52,498 nucleotides of DNA from Hyperthermus sp. (lineage in GTDB: Archaea > Thermoproteota > Thermoprotei_A > Sulfolobales > Pyrodictiaceae). A model generated the notes under the pieces. That model worked only from the letters and a program-made list of their open reading frames with translations. It did no database searches and was not told the origin of the DNA. Location of the stretch: the NCBI GenBank assembly GCA_003978665.1, contig QNYQ01000027.1, forward strand, positions 1 through 52,498, read 5' to 3'. How positions within the stretch are numbered: position 1 is the stretch's first letter; each line of letters starts with the position of its first letter. Shown in pieces: positions 34,204 to 43,851 of the stretch. A program made the translations under genes and the position numbers.

Positions 34204-34975
34204 GCTCCATAAGCCTCCCTATAACCCTCTGAGCCATAGCGTCAGCCTCCTCACACGTCGGCGCCGACGCTAGAACCCTCACGTCCACCAGAGGGCTCTC
34301 AGCCTCATGCCCCTTAGGGTGGCTTTTGACATAGCATGAAACACACTCCCTCGACGCCCTCCTCAAGAGCGGGGCCAGGTCGGCCTCTGCAACACCCTTC
34401 ACCACAACACTCTTCTCTCTCACGCAGAGCTCCGGGAGGATTGGCTTAAGCTTATCTGCCACGTAGCTGTCAAACATGGGCTTCATCTCCCGCGGGACAC
34501 CGGGCAGCACGAAGAGCTCAGACCTCCCCACGCTCACATGCGCGCCGGGAGCAGCGCCGACGGGGTTTGGTATGGGCTTAGCCCCTAGAGGCAGCAGCGC
34601 CATTTTCAGCCTCTCCCGCGTAAGCTCTGCGGGTTTTGTGGAATAGAACCTAGACACGTGCTCCAACGCCTCCCTGTTCAATACGAGGGGCAGGTTGAGC
34701 GCGGCAGCCACAGCCTCCATTGTTATATCGTCGTCCGTGGGGCCTAGGCCCCCAGTGGTGACGACTATGTCTGAGGAGGCCAATGCGTCCCTCAGGACGG
34801 CTACTATGTCATCCACAGTATCGCCTACAGTTACTATCCTCCTCACCGATGCTCCGAGAAAGGTGAGCCTAGAGGCCAGCCAGGCAGCATTAGTGTCTAC
34901 GATCCTTCCCACAAGGAGCTCGTTACCAATAGTTATTATCCATGCAATAGGCTTATACAAGCCCGGCGACACCAT
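34157..34975 (-). CDS. CinA-like / molybdopterin-binding (MoCF_BD) domain protein
   Basis: ITIGNELLVGRIVDTNAAWLASRL and VVTTGGLGPTDDDIT motifs. TATA-like TTTATTTAT lies 35-40 nt upstream. Confidence 0.75.
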   Translation of the reverse strand: MVSPGLYKPIAWIITIGNELLVGRIVDTNAAWLASRLTFLGASVRRIVTVGDTVDDIVAVLRDALASSDIVVTTGGLGPTDDDITMEAVAAALNLPLVLNREALEHVSRFYSTKPAELTRERLKMALLPLGAKPIPNPVGAAPGAHVSVGRSELFVLPGVPREMKPMFDSYVADKLKPILPELCVREKSVVVKGVAEADLAPLLRRASRECVSCYVKSHPKGHEAESPLVDVRVLASAPTCEEADAMAQRVIGRLMELVGGGGGGGASSSVR

Positions 34976-35186
34976 GCATAGATAAGCTTATCACAGCCCC
35001 ATCCAGCATAAATAAAGCCTCTCGGCGCGCCGCCCCCCGGACTGGCCCGCTGAAGAATAAGGGCCGCGCACCATGCCGTGTCCCGGATGATGGGCGGGGA
35101 CTTGCCTCCCGCAGCCCTTTTGGAGGAAAAAGATGGTGGGAACGTGGGGTAGAGGAGGCAGCCTCGTCTACCACAGCGTCCACTCT

Positions 35187-36524
35187 CTACTCGAGGAGGA
35201 GGAGCCTGGAGTCAATAACCGTGTTCACGTCAAACGTGAATTTAACCCTCGTGTAGCTGCGCCTAAACTCTCTAACCTCGCTGGCTACCCTTGCAGGATC
35301 CTCTCCGTCAATGACGACCCTCCTCATGAACGCCGCTATCTCCCTCATCTCGCCCTCCCTCATACCGAACCTGGTCATCTCCTGCACTCCTATCCGGAGC
35401 CCGCTCGGGTTTTTGATCGCGTCCGGCGGGTCGCTGGGCAGGAGGTTCTTGTTTACAATGATGTTGGCCTTCTCCAGGAGCAATGCAGCCTTAGCCCCCC
35501 CGCCGTGCCCGCTGACATCAACCAGCACCTGGTGGCTCCTAGTATAGCCTAGATGCTCTCCAATAACCCTGAAGCCCTCTGCTGCAAGCGCCTCTGCAAG
35601 CGCCTTAGCGTTCCTGGTCACCTGCTCCGCGTACGCCTCCCCAAAATACTTCATCTCCACCGCGGTGATGGCTAGTGCTGGGAGCCTGTGGAGATGGTGG
35701 TTGCTCACGAAATAGGGGAATACTGCTCTCCCTATCTTCTTGAACAAGTCCTCGTCCCTTGAAGCAATGATTCCTCCCTGAGGCCCCGGGAAGGTCTTAT
35801 GGGTGGAGGCTGTCATCACGTCGGCGCCGTGGCTTAGAGGGTTCCTCCACCTACCCCCCACGATCAACCCCAGCACGTGTGCAGCATCATACACGAGCCT
35901 AGCGCCGACGGAGTGGGCTGCCTCAGCTATCTCCTTAACCGGGTGGGGGAATAGGTAGACGCTCGCGCCTAGAACGACGAGCTGCGGCCTCGCATCCTCG
36001 ATCATTTTCACTGCCCGGTCAACGTCGATATTCATGTTGTAGTCGTCATAGGGCATCTCCAGCTGTTCAATACACAGCGCGCCAAGAGTACCATACTTAG
36101 TATGGCTCACATGCGCCCCAGCCTGCACCGGAGCTATAAGAGCACGCCCACCACACGGCACTATGACGCGGAACACGGAAGCATTGGCAGTAGTACCGCT
36201 CACCGGCCTGGGATCAACCCTAGCGCCTCCAAGCAGCTCGCCGAGAAGCTCGGATACCGCAACCTCAACCTCGTCGACAAACCCAGTACCCTGATAATAC
36301 CTCTTGAAAGGCTTACCCTCAGCATACCTATGCATCATATCGTTCAAGTACGCGGACTCGGCCAAAGGACTCATAACGTTCTCGCTGGCAATAAGGTTAA
36401 CAGTCTCAAACCTCCTCCACCTATTATGCCTCCTCACCAGCTCCAGAACCCTGGAGGCCTCACTAGGCAGCGACTGCAGAATACTATCCCACAACGCTGC
36501 CCCAAAACCAGTGGCAGCAACCAT
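35187..36524 (-). CDS. glyA: serine hydroxymethyltransferase
   Basis: [11 protein letters not shown], and [14 protein letters not shown] containing the PLP lysine. Length of 445 aa. Confidence 0.95.
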   Translation of the reverse strand: MVAATGFGAALWDSILQSLPSEASRVLELVRRHNRWRRFETVNLIASENVMSPLAESAYLNDMMHRYAEGKPFKRYYQGTGFVDEVEVAVSELLGELLGGARVDPRPVSGTTANASVFRVIVPCGGRALIAPVQAGAHVSHTKYGTLGALCIEQLEMPYDDYNMNIDVDRAVKMIEDARPQLVVLGASVYLFPHPVKEIAEAAHSVGARLVYDAAHVLGLIVGGRWRNPLSHGADVMTASTHKTFPGPQGGIIASRDEDLFKKIGRAVFPYFVSNHHLHRLPALAITAVEMKYFGEAYAEQVTRNAKALAEALAAEGFRVIGEHLGYTRSHQVLVDVSGHGGGAKAALLLEKANIIVNKNLLPSDPPDAIKNPSGLRIGVQEMTRFGMREGEMREIAAFMRRVVIDGEDPARVASEVREFRRSYTRVKFTFDVNTVIDSRLLLLE

Positions 36525-36587
36525 GGCCCCTGCTCCGCTAAAGAAGGAGTCCCGGGACGGAGAAGACGTAAATTAATCGTTCGCAGC

Positions 36588-36824
36588 CTACACCGCCGCA
36601 GCCTCAGCCGCAGCCTTCCTAGCCTGCCTCGCCTGCAAGCGCAGCCTCTCCACCATCTCCTCCACCATGTTGTACGTGAAAGGAAAACCTATCTCGTCCT
36701 CAAACCTCCTAAGCAGGAAATAGGCGTCAAGCACGTCATCCCACTCGCCACTATGGGCTAGCAGCAGCTCAACAGCCTTCCTGTAAGCACGCTCAAACAA
36801 CGGTGTAACATAATCCTTACCCAC
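36588..36824 (-). CDS. hypothetical small helical protein (78 aa)
   Basis: ORF track. GTG start. Same strand and immediately upstream of glyA. Confidence 0.4.
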   Translation of the reverse strand: MGKDYVTPLFERAYRKAVELLLAHSGEWDDVLDAYFLLRRFEDEIGFPFTYNMVEEMVERLRLQARQARKAAAEAAAV

Positions 36825-37003
36825 ACCACTCCCCTCCGGAACCGTTCAGGCGGGCTAGGCTGGGGGTGTACGGGTACAGTATTACCTATCCTATCCCGGT
36901 ACCACTCTGCTTCACTTATCCTTTTCTGTCAGATAGCGGTCTCCCATCCTTCTCCTGGTTTTGAATGTAGGGGATTACGTGGCCTCAGCCGATTAAGGGT
37001 CTG

Positions 37004-37465
37004 GTGCTGCAGCGAATACTTACAGTGGGGTGTGCCTCCGTGTCAGCAGTACACTCGGCAGGCTACACGCTCCCCTCGCATAGCCCGGCAGTAGACATTG
37101 TGCCCGAGAAGGACACGTTCATTGACGTTGAAATAGACGTTTACGGTGGATTCGACCCTTTAACAGACGAGCTGATAGAGAACGCTAGGAAGGCTATGGA
37201 GATCCTGCGCCGAGAATACGGGGTTGAAGCCCTACTCGTACCACGCATAATATACTGGGCCCAAGGCTACGTGTTTTCCCCGACACCCTACTCTATCCCG
37301 GTGCTCGTAATCAACGGGAAGGAGGTATCCTCGGGGAGGATACTGTCTCCCCAGGAAATAGTCGAGGTGGCACTCAAGCTCCTGGGCATAAGAGAGGAGC
37401 CCTCGCAGCCTCTCGCACCCTATAGGGATAGCGATAGGGGAGAGGTTGCTGCGGCTGCATGGTAG
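37004..37465 (+). CDS. hypothetical protein (153 aa); weak paralog of 9964..10377
   Basis: ORF track. Shares short motifs with the 137-aa ORF (see findings). Confidence 0.4.
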   Translation: MLQRILTVGCASVSAVHSAGYTLPSHSPAVDIVPEKDTFIDVEIDVYGGFDPLTDELIENARKAMEILRREYGVEALLVPRIIYWAQGYVFSPTPYSIPVLVINGKEVSSGRILSPQEIVEVALKLLGIREEPSQPLAPYRDSDRGEVAAAAW

Positions 37466-37476
37466 CCGCCCCCTCC

Positions 37477-38307
37477 CTAGACGAGGGCTGGCTCCCTGAA
37501 CCCGGAGAAGTAGCTGGCCTCGGCCAGTCTCCCCGAAACATAAGCCTCCGAGCAGTCTCCGCGGCCTCCGAGCATGCATGTTACAGCGCTCAGGGCCTTG
37601 CAGACCGCCCTATCCACGCTGGCTCCTTCCCCTGCCAGGCCATAGAGGGTTAACGCCATAAGCATGTCTCCGGCGCCTCGCGTGTCAACGCCGCCGTATA
37701 CTATGCGGGGCCTGCAGTGGAGTGTTCCCTCACTATAGTATAGTAGGGCACCCTTCTCCCCCATAGTGACCAGTAGTGCCGCAGTCCCCTCACGCCACGA
37801 CGACAAAGCGTTGCCCGCCTCTAGCACGCTGTACCCGACATCATCGATGCTAAGCTTAACTATAGCGGTCGCGGCCGGCTCCAGGAGGCTGAGCAGCCAC
37901 TCCACCAGGAAACCCGCCGTACCCCTACCATAAACAATGTCTCCTCCAGCATCCAGCCGCAGCAAACCCTGCAGGTCAACACCCACAATACTATAGTGGA
38001 GCACTATCCTGGCAAGCTCGTCGACACTCATCTCGCCGGCCACGGGGGAAACCAATACAGCCGCGCCGGGCCTAATGCTCCACGTGCAGCGCGGCCTCGA
38101 CACCAGCCTCAGCGACTTCCTCCCAAAACCCTCCACGTAGGCGAACACGGTCTCACAGCCTTCCCCCTCGGCAGCCCATGCCACACTCGTCTCGTCGAGG
38201 CCTAGGCTACGATAGGCTTTAACGGCAAAATAGTATGGCCCCCCACTAAGCCTCCTATCCCCGTGAACGTCCACGGCGCCTGCAGAATACACTACAAGCA
38301 GCATCAA
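37477..38307 (-). CDS. PfkB/ribokinase-family carbohydrate kinase
   Basis: The C-terminal VDTRGAGDMLMALTLYGL is the PfkB signature 2. About 276 aa. Confidence 0.7.
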   Translation of the reverse strand: MMLLVVYSAGAVDVHGDRRLSGGPYYFAVKAYRSLGLDETSVAWAAEGEGCETVFAYVEGFGRKSLRLVSRPRCTWSIRPGAAVLVSPVAGEMSVDELARIVLHYSIVGVDLQGLLRLDAGGDIVYGRGTAGFLVEWLLSLLEPAATAIVKLSIDDVGYSVLEAGNALSSWREGTAALLVTMGEKGALLYYSEGTLHCRPRIVYGGVDTRGAGDMLMALTLYGLAGEGASVDRAVCKALSAVTCMLGGRGDCSEAYVSGRLAEASYFSGFREPALV

Positions 38308-38538
38308 CTACTCCTCCTCAGACTCCACGACAGCAAACCTGTACTTATCAGCCCTTCTCGCATGAGCCCTCAAGTGCTCAAGCAGATCACGTGGCATAAA
38401 GAAATAGCTCGCATTATCACCTAGGCCGCAGACGGGGCATGCGATGAGCCCAGTGGCCTTGTCTCTAAACACCCTTATCCTAACACCGCTATACTCAAGG
38501 ACCTCCTCGACCCACTCGGGCTCCCACTGAAGAGACAC
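38308..38538 (-). CDS. small C2H2-like zinc-finger protein (76 aa)
   Basis: CPVCG-x16-H-x3-H (CPVCGLGDNASYFFMPRDLLEHLRAH). Its stop abuts the start of the kinase gene. Confidence 0.5.
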   Translation of the reverse strand: MSLQWEPEWVEEVLEYSGVRIRVFRDKATGLIACPVCGLGDNASYFFMPRDLLEHLRAHARRADKYRFAVVESEEE

Positions 38539-38553
38539 AGCCAGCCCCCTCTC

Positions 38554-39900
38554 CTAGCCGAGCTTGCTGCGATACTCCGCGTAGATCTCTTCAAGCCTTC
38601 TAACCCAGCTTTTGAGCCCGGCGGGTGTGTCGGGGTAGGCGTTGTAGTGCTTCTTCACCAGCTTCATGTAGTGGGCGACGGTCTTTAGTCTAGCTAGGAG
38701 GCTGGGCCTCCTTAAGCCCCTCAATATGATGTTTAGCTTCTCTATTACACTAACGCTTATGTCGCCCTCAGAGCTGGTATAGTATATGTCTTGTTCCGGT
38801 ATAAGCCTCTTCTCCATACCATAGCTTATATCGCTATTGCTCAGCCTCTGGAGAAAGATCCGGAACACGTCGAGCGCCGCCTGCCTGGCCCCTATAGCCC
38901 TCATGTACTCCACGTTAAGCCTCCATAGAGCCTCTACGCTAATGTCTCCAGCCTCGTAGGCCTCCTCAAAGACCCGGGCGGCTATGTAGGCGGCTCTAAA
39001 CGCGTAGCCCATCCCGCCGCCGTGCAGAGGGTTTACCGTGTAGGCTGCGTCACCTATAGCAACTATACCGGGCCCCACCATGCTATTGGAGGGCCTGCGC
39101 GTGGGCAGGGGGGCCCCGGCTGCTTTCGCTACATGGAACCTCCTGCTGAAGAGCCTGTGCGTCTTGACCAGCCTCTGGTAGCGCTCTCTTGGGTTTATTC
39201 CGAGGCTAGCCTGAACCCCGACGCCAGCGTTGACACTTGTGGGCGACTCGGGGAAGAACCACCAGTATCCTCCCGGTGCGAGCTCCTGGTCAATGTAGAT
39301 CCTAATTACACTCGGCTCTTCAACCTCATAGTCCTCGTAGACTATGACCTCACGGTATGCTATGTTGGTATCCTCGCTCGATATATCCTCTGCGATAGGC
39401 CACTCTCCCGGAAGCTTGCTGCGCAAAACCCTCGTAAACCCCGTCGCCTCGACCACAAGCCTACCCCTAAGCTCTACGGGCCCACCACCACCCCTAGCCC
39501 TAACCCCTACAACCCTCCCCTTCTCGATCAACGGGGCCACAATATGGGTTGAGAGGAGGACCTCGGCGCCATGGTTCACAGCATCCTCTAGAAGCCACTT
39601 ACCCATAGCCTCACGATCTATAATGTAGCCCTCTCCCCTAACCCTATACCGCACCTTCTCGCCGGGAGAATACACGTCAATAGCCTCAACCCTATTCTTG
39701 ACCACAGCCGAAGGCAGGGGAGGCAGGCCAGCCTCCCTCACATGGTGAGCGCCCAGCGCGTCGCCGCATGGCTTGCCCCATAGCGTGCCCGGTCCACGCA
39801 TGTCAACCCCTATGACGCGGAAGCCTCTACGCGCAAGATGCCAGAGGGCGACCGTTCCAGCAGGCCCGAGCCCGGCAACAACAACATCATACTCTCCCAT
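38554..39900 (-). CDS. geranylgeranyl reductase family FAD protein (digeranylgeranylglycerophospholipid reductase-like)
   Basis: YDVVVAGLGPAGTVALWHLARRGFRV, a dinucleotide-binding fold. About 450 aa. ATG 39900 is preferred because GGAGGA lies 7 nt upstream. The ORF track starts at 39921. Confidence 0.85.
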   Translation of the reverse strand: MGEYDVVVAGLGPAGTVALWHLARRGFRVIGVDMRGPGTLWGKPCGDALGAHHVREAGLPPLPSAVVKNRVEAIDVYSPGEKVRYRVRGEGYIIDREAMGKWLLEDAVNHGAEVLLSTHIVAPLIEKGRVVGVRARGGGGPVELRGRLVVEATGFTRVLRSKLPGEWPIAEDISSEDTNIAYREVIVYEDYEVEEPSVIRIYIDQELAPGGYWWFFPESPTSVNAGVGVQASLGINPRERYQRLVKTHRLFSRRFHVAKAAGAPLPTRRPSNSMVGPGIVAIGDAAYTVNPLHGGGMGYAFRAAYIAARVFEEAYEAGDISVEALWRLNVEYMRAIGARQAALDVFRIFLQRLSNSDISYGMEKRLIPEQDIYYTSSEGDISVSVIEKLNIILRGLRRPSLLARLKTVAHYMKLVKKHYNAYPDTPAGLKSWVRRLEEIYAEYRSKLG

Positions 39901-39971
39901 AGTGTTCTCCTCCAGCCCCATACACCCTACGAGCAGTCAGCCGGAGGGATAACGTTCCCGGCTGCTGCAGC

Positions 39972-39983
39972 CTAGATAAAAGG
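39972..39983. promoter_or_regulatory. AT-rich box (CTAGATAAAAGG) in the divergent spacer between the reductase and hsp20 genes
   Basis: Reads CCTTTTATCTAG on the minus strand. A second box TAAAGTAAATAG at 40001-40012 faces hsp20. Confidence 0.35.
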
Positions 39984-40053
39984 CTAAGGGTCACACGCAC
40001 TAAAGTAAATAGCATGGTGGCGGGGAGAAAAAGAAGAGGGGTGGAGGGCTGCC

Positions 40054-40593
40054 TTGTCATTCTTCTGGCGTAGAAGGATATCGGACATATTCGAGGAACT
40101 GGAGGAGTTGATGAGGCAGATAGAGAGAATGGCCTTCTCGGCTTTCGAGGAGTACCCCCAGCGTGTATTTGAGAGGAGAGGTATCGAGGCTAAAGGACCC
40201 ATAGTCTATGGTGTGAGAATAACCATAGGCCCCGATGGGAGACCAGTCATAGAGGAGTTCGGTAACGTGAAGAGGGTTGGCAGGAGACCGGTCATAGAGG
40301 AGGCCATGGAGCCTCTCGTGGACGTGATAGAAGAGGAGGACAAGATCGTCGTTGTGGCCGAGATACCTGGAATAGATAAGGATAAGATAGACATAAGGAT
40401 AAAGGATAGGACACTCATCATAAAGGCTAAAGGGAAGGAGAGGAAATACTACAAGGAGGTTCCCCTCCCAGCCACCGTGAAACCCGAGACTGCTAAGGCG
40501 AAATACAAGAACGGTGTACTAGAGGTAACAATAGAGAAGATTAGGGAGAGAGAGGAGAAGGAGGAGGGAGGAATAAGAGTAAAGGTTGAGTAG
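40054..40593 (+). CDS. hsp20: small heat-shock protein (Hsp20/alpha-crystallin)
   Basis: VDVIEEEDKIVVVAEIPGIDKDKIDIRIKDRTLIIKAKG...KYKNGVLEVTIEK. TTG start with GGAGG 6 nt upstream. Confidence 0.9.
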   Translation: MSFFWRRRISDIFEELEELMRQIERMAFSAFEEYPQRVFERRGIEAKGPIVYGVRITIGPDGRPVIEEFGNVKRVGRRPVIEEAMEPLVDVIEEEDKIVVVAEIPGIDKDKIDIRIKDRTLIIKAKGKERKYYKEVPLPATVKPETAKAKYKNGVLEVTIEKIREREEKEEGGIRVKVE

Positions 40594-40607
40594 AGGCAAC
40601 GCCCACC

Positions 40608-40614
40608 TCTTTTT
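40608..40614 (+). terminator. oligo-T termination signal after hsp20
   Basis: TCTTTTT begins 15 nt after the stop codon. Confidence 0.4.
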
Positions 40615-40640
40615 ACATGCTCAAGCCTCCCCCGCGGACT

Positions 40641-41210
40641 TCATCCCCCACCCTCTCCCGTATCGTCCCTTCTCTGTAGGGGCTCATAGCGGGCTTTAGG
40701 CGAGCTTACAATACTGGCTCCTTCAGGGTCAATGACTACCAGCGTGAAGGGGGTCTTAGCGCTCTTCATTGCCTCAAGCTTCTCCCTAGCCTCCCTGCAG
40801 GCTTTATCACTCTCCCTGGAGCGGCAGGCCACGCTTAGGGCTTCCAGGAAGCGGTCAATTATACCCTCGACCGTTGTTATGAAGGATTCCGAGGCGGGGC
40901 CGGGATCCATCGAGGCCCCCATCTCCTCTAGTATAATGCTCGCCTTCGACGATTTCAGCACCATGACGTTTATGTCCTCCTCGCTCTCAACCCTAAACAC
41001 TATCCTGCGCGGCTCTCCCCCCTCTAGGCTCCTCACATCCCTAAAGCTGTAGCCGCACCTGGGGCATGTGCCTACGGTTATGAGTACGTGGCCTAGGCCG
41101 GGTACTTCGTAAAGATAGTCTGTCACCTCTAGCTCTGGGCTCCCGCAGAGAGGGCATCTTACGCGTAGCGTTCCAATCTTCACTGGGTTTTTCAACGTGG
41201 GATCCTCCAT
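40641..41210 (-). CDS. ZPR1-type zinc-finger protein
   Basis: CPLCGSPELEVTDYLYEVPGLGHVLITVGTCPRCGYSF is the typical ZPR1 zinc ribbon, followed by the A/B-like domain. Confidence 0.8.
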   Translation of the reverse strand: MEDPTLKNPVKIGTLRVRCPLCGSPELEVTDYLYEVPGLGHVLITVGTCPRCGYSFRDVRSLEGGEPRRIVFRVESEEDINVMVLKSSKASIILEEMGASMDPGPASESFITTVEGIIDRFLEALSVACRSRESDKACREAREKLEAMKSAKTPFTLVVIDPEGASIVSSPKARYEPLQRRDDTGEGGG

Positions 41211-41248
41211 CGGGCCGGTCGCCGTGCTCTCTCCGGGGGAGGGGCTGC

Positions 41249-41257
41249 TTATTTAAC
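41249..41257 (-). promoter_or_regulatory. TATA-box candidate (TTAAATAAG) for the ZPR1-like gene
   Basis: 39-47 nt upstream of ATG 41210. The leader contains CCCCTCCCCC, as in the promoter at 11251. Confidence 0.35.
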
Positions 41258-41466
41258 ACCTGTTACTATTATGTGGGGGTTTCAGCTACTATTACACATT
41301 TAGCTGGGAAGATGGCGGGGAGGGTTCCACTGTGATAGGGTAGGCTTGGCCGCTTTAAGGCTAGTAGTCTCGGAGCAGGTTAAAGCTTTAGAGCCCTTCC
41401 AGCGGCGGCTGCCCTAGCCTCTCCAGACGCATGATCAGCCTAGGGCTCCGCGCCATGTATCGTGGC

Positions 41467-41475
41467 CTATAATAG
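41467..41475 (+). promoter_or_regulatory. TATA-box candidate (CTATAATAG) for the RHH gene
   Basis: 32-40 nt upstream of TTG 41507 and GTG 41510, consistent with a near-leaderless mRNA. Confidence 0.4.
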
Positions 41476-41506
41476 TTTCAGCCAGCACTATGCCAGGTGT
41501 TAGCCC

Positions 41507-41785
41507 TTGGTGGCTGAAGCCAAGCCCCGCAGCGGCGAGATAACAATAATCACTGGCTCTCCCAAGAAGGTTGTGAGCTTCAAGCTTGATGTGAGCTTGA
41601 TCGAGGAGATTGACAGGGTCTGGTCTATGCTCGGCTACTCATCTAGGAGCGAGTTTATACGGGACGCCGTGATATACTACATGCAGGTCGCAGTGAGGTT
41701 GAAGAACGGCTACGGCGATGGACGCTGCAGGTGTGATTGCCCAGCGCCGGGCGGAGTGGCTGATAGCGGTGCTGGAGACGAGTAG
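41507..41785 (+). CDS. ribbon-helix-helix (CopG/NikR-type) DNA-binding protein
   Basis: KKVVSFKLDVSLIEEIDRVWSMLGYSSRSEFIRDAVIYYM is the canonical RHH pattern. The Cys-rich tail is CRCDC. Confidence 0.6.
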   Translation: MVAEAKPRSGEITIITGSPKKVVSFKLDVSLIEEIDRVWSMLGYSSRSEFIRDAVIYYMQVAVRLKNGYGDGRCRCDCPAPGGVADSGAGDE

Positions 41786-41824
41786 TGCTTGGCCGCGTGG
41801 CACGTCACGGCCCTGGAATGGTTT

Positions 41825-42217
41825 TTAGGCCTCTCCTCCACGTCCCCCCGCAACCTCTCTCACAATGTTTTCAAGGGCCCTCCTGAAGGTTCGGGCGCAC
41901 TCCTCGAAGTCTGAGATTATTTTCTCGACTACTCTCTCAGGGTTATCGATATAGTACTTGTAGCGGGGCCTCCCCACCCTGGCCCTCTTCTCCCTTTTCC
42001 GCGAGACGAAGCCCACCTCGACAAGCTTTGCTAGGCCACGGTTTATGGTTGCTTTACTCAAGCCCAGCTTCTGTGTAAGGTCGTCGACAGTATAGTCTCC
42101 ACCTTGTAGGAGCTCGAAGAGTATTGCCACATCAGTCTCGCTTAGATCGTAGCAGAACCTCAATCCCTCAACTATCGCTGCCTCACGGCCCGTCGGCAAA
42201 CGAAGCTTTGCACCCAT
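41825..42217 (-). CDS. TrmB/MarR-like winged-helix transcriptional regulator
   Basis: LSETDVAILFELLQGGDYTVDDLTQKLGLSKATINRGLAKLVEVGFVSRKRE. ATG 42217 lies about 26 nt downstream of TATA 42240-42247 (leaderless). The ORF track opens at TTG 42226. Confidence 0.7.
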   Translation of the reverse strand: MGAKLRLPTGREAAIVEGLRFCYDLSETDVAILFELLQGGDYTVDDLTQKLGLSKATINRGLAKLVEVGFVSRKREKRARVGRPRYKYYIDNPERVVEKIISDFEECARTFRRALENIVREVAGGRGGEA

Positions 42218-42239
42218 TATACTCAAATCTTTTACACCA

Positions 42240-42247
42240 ATTTAAAA
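42240..42247 (-). promoter_or_regulatory. TATA box (TTTTAAAT) for the TrmB-like regulator
   Basis: Strong AT box 23-30 nt upstream of ATG 42217. A second AT-rich block at 42268-42286 may be an operator. Confidence 0.45.
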
Positions 42248-42324
42248 CTAAGCAGCAACCTGATCTTATTTATCTTTTATTTCGAACACACAACAGATTC
42301 CCCCAAACCTTGCCCTCCCCTCCT

Positions 42325-42693
42325 CTAGGAGCCCCCGCATGATGCGCCAAGCTTCTCTGCAATCTCTCTGCGATCACTTGTCAGCGGCGCGTTCACGTCT
42401 ATAACCAGGGAGTCTTCAAGAGCCCTCCCCCAGTGTAGCCTGCCTGGCTCGATTACAAGCAGGCTGCCCGCCTCCAGCCTCTGTTCCCCGCGTCCCTCCA
42501 CCCCGAGGATTATTGATCCTTTAAGCACGATTGTCAGCTGGGTTGAATCGTGTCTATGGGCTGGTATTGTTGAATCCTTCTTGAGCTCCGTCTCCATTAC
42601 AGCCATGTTATCGTCGCAGTATAGTATTCTTGAGCAGGTGCCCGGAAACAGGGGCTTACAGTCTCCCATACTCCTCCACCCTCTCGTGTGCAT
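42325..42693 (-). CDS. cupin-domain protein
   Basis: TIPAHRHDSTQLTIVLKGSIILGVEG...LLVIEPGRLHWG matches cupin motifs 1 and 2. The start codon is uncertain. Confidence 0.65.
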   Translation of the reverse strand: MHTRGWRSMGDCKPLFPGTCSRILYCDDNMAVMETELKKDSTIPAHRHDSTQLTIVLKGSIILGVEGRGEQRLEAGSLLVIEPGRLHWGRALEDSLVIDVNAPLTSDRREIAEKLGASCGGS

Positions 42694-42711
42694 GGGCGTG
42701 TGGAGGTCTTT

Positions 42712-43752
42712 TCACGGAAGCTTCTTTACTATGGACTCTACAAGCCTTATTAGCTGCTGGGTTCTTGCTCTTCTCCTCCTCCGGGTCTTCTGCCTCTCCT
42801 CGAACGCTTGTTGTAGCGTGTGTGGTATCTTGGGTTTTATGCGGTGTGGTATTGGTCTACCGTCGGGGCCTATTGATACCATTATGGTGTACATTCTGGC
42901 TATTGTTGTTTTTCTATCCTTCTCCGGGTTCTCTGCTGTGATCTTTACTAGTACTTCACTGCTTGTGTTGCCTACTCCCGTGATGCCTGCTTCTATGCGT
43001 AGCAGGTCCCCCACGTAGCCTGGTGACGCGAATACTGCTGCATCGAAGCTTGCCGTTACCACTGGGCTCCCCGTGGCCTTCATGGCTGCGATCGCAGCTA
43101 CCTGGTCTATGTCGTAGAAGAGTTTTGATGCGTCTAGCACGTTGGGGAGGGAGAATGCTGCTTCGGGGCTTATCACCTGGTATGATTCGACCCGGTAGGG
43201 TGTTTCAAGGGGCTTCGTGTCCTGGGCAATGAGTTTTCTCTCCTCTATGAGGGGTTTGCGCTCTGCCAGCCACTCTAGGTGGAGTGTTTCTAGGGCTTTT
43301 GACTCCATGCTGCATGGCTTAATGTTGATGCCGTGCGGCCTGGGCTTAACGTTTTCGTCGACTGACACGAATGTCTGAATGCTTAGGCTGACGGGTTTTG
43401 TTTCCCTGCCGCCCGGCGGTGCTGATTCGGCGTATGTGAGCACGTCGAGGGTGTGTCTTGTAGCACCTATTACCAGGGAGTATGCGTGGAGGTTTTCGCC
43501 GAGTCTTCCCGGGTTAAGCATGAACAGGTAGTCTATGGCTCCCAGCACCACGTAGCCTCCTGACGCCCTCATTGCTGACATGCTTCCGGCTTCCAGCATC
43601 CACCATGCCAGCATTCCGCCGTGTAGTGTGCCATACCTATTAGTGTACCTTGGGTATATTGGTCTGAGGAGGGTTATTAGCGTGGACTCTATACATATGC
43701 TCCTCCCATCCATAACACTCCACCTTTCTGGGAGAGGCTGGTTACCGGTCAA
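42712..43752 (-). CDS. acyl-CoA thioesterase with two hotdog domains
   Basis: TNRYGTLHGGMLAWWMLEAGSMSA, plus a second hotdog repeat with GSPVVTASFDAAVF...GDLLRIEAGI. Confidence 0.75.
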   Translation of the reverse strand: MTGNQPLPERWSVMDGRSICIESTLITLLRPIYPRYTNRYGTLHGGMLAWWMLEAGSMSAMRASGGYVVLGAIDYLFMLNPGRLGENLHAYSLVIGATRHTLDVLTYAESAPPGGRETKPVSLSIQTFVSVDENVKPRPHGINIKPCSMESKALETLHLEWLAERKPLIEERKLIAQDTKPLETPYRVESYQVISPEAAFSLPNVLDASKLFYDIDQVAAIAAMKATGSPVVTASFDAAVFASPGYVGDLLRIEAGITGVGNTSSEVLVKITAENPEKDRKTTIARMYTIMVSIGPDGRPIPHRIKPKIPHTLQQAFEERQKTRRRRRARTQQLIRLVESIVKKLP

Positions 43753-43851
43753 GACGAGCGTATGGGAGGGTGCTCCAGGAGCGGCTGGGTTGGGTATAAG
43801 AGGGGAGGGGTGTTACCGGCTCCTTGGGCTCCTTCCTGGGGGCGCCCGCAA

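Noticed and set aside
36102-36761. 219-aa plus-strand ORF over the glyA 5' region
   Set aside because: Antisense shadow of glyA and the upstream small gene. Low-complexity Pro/Ser/Arg-rich sequence.
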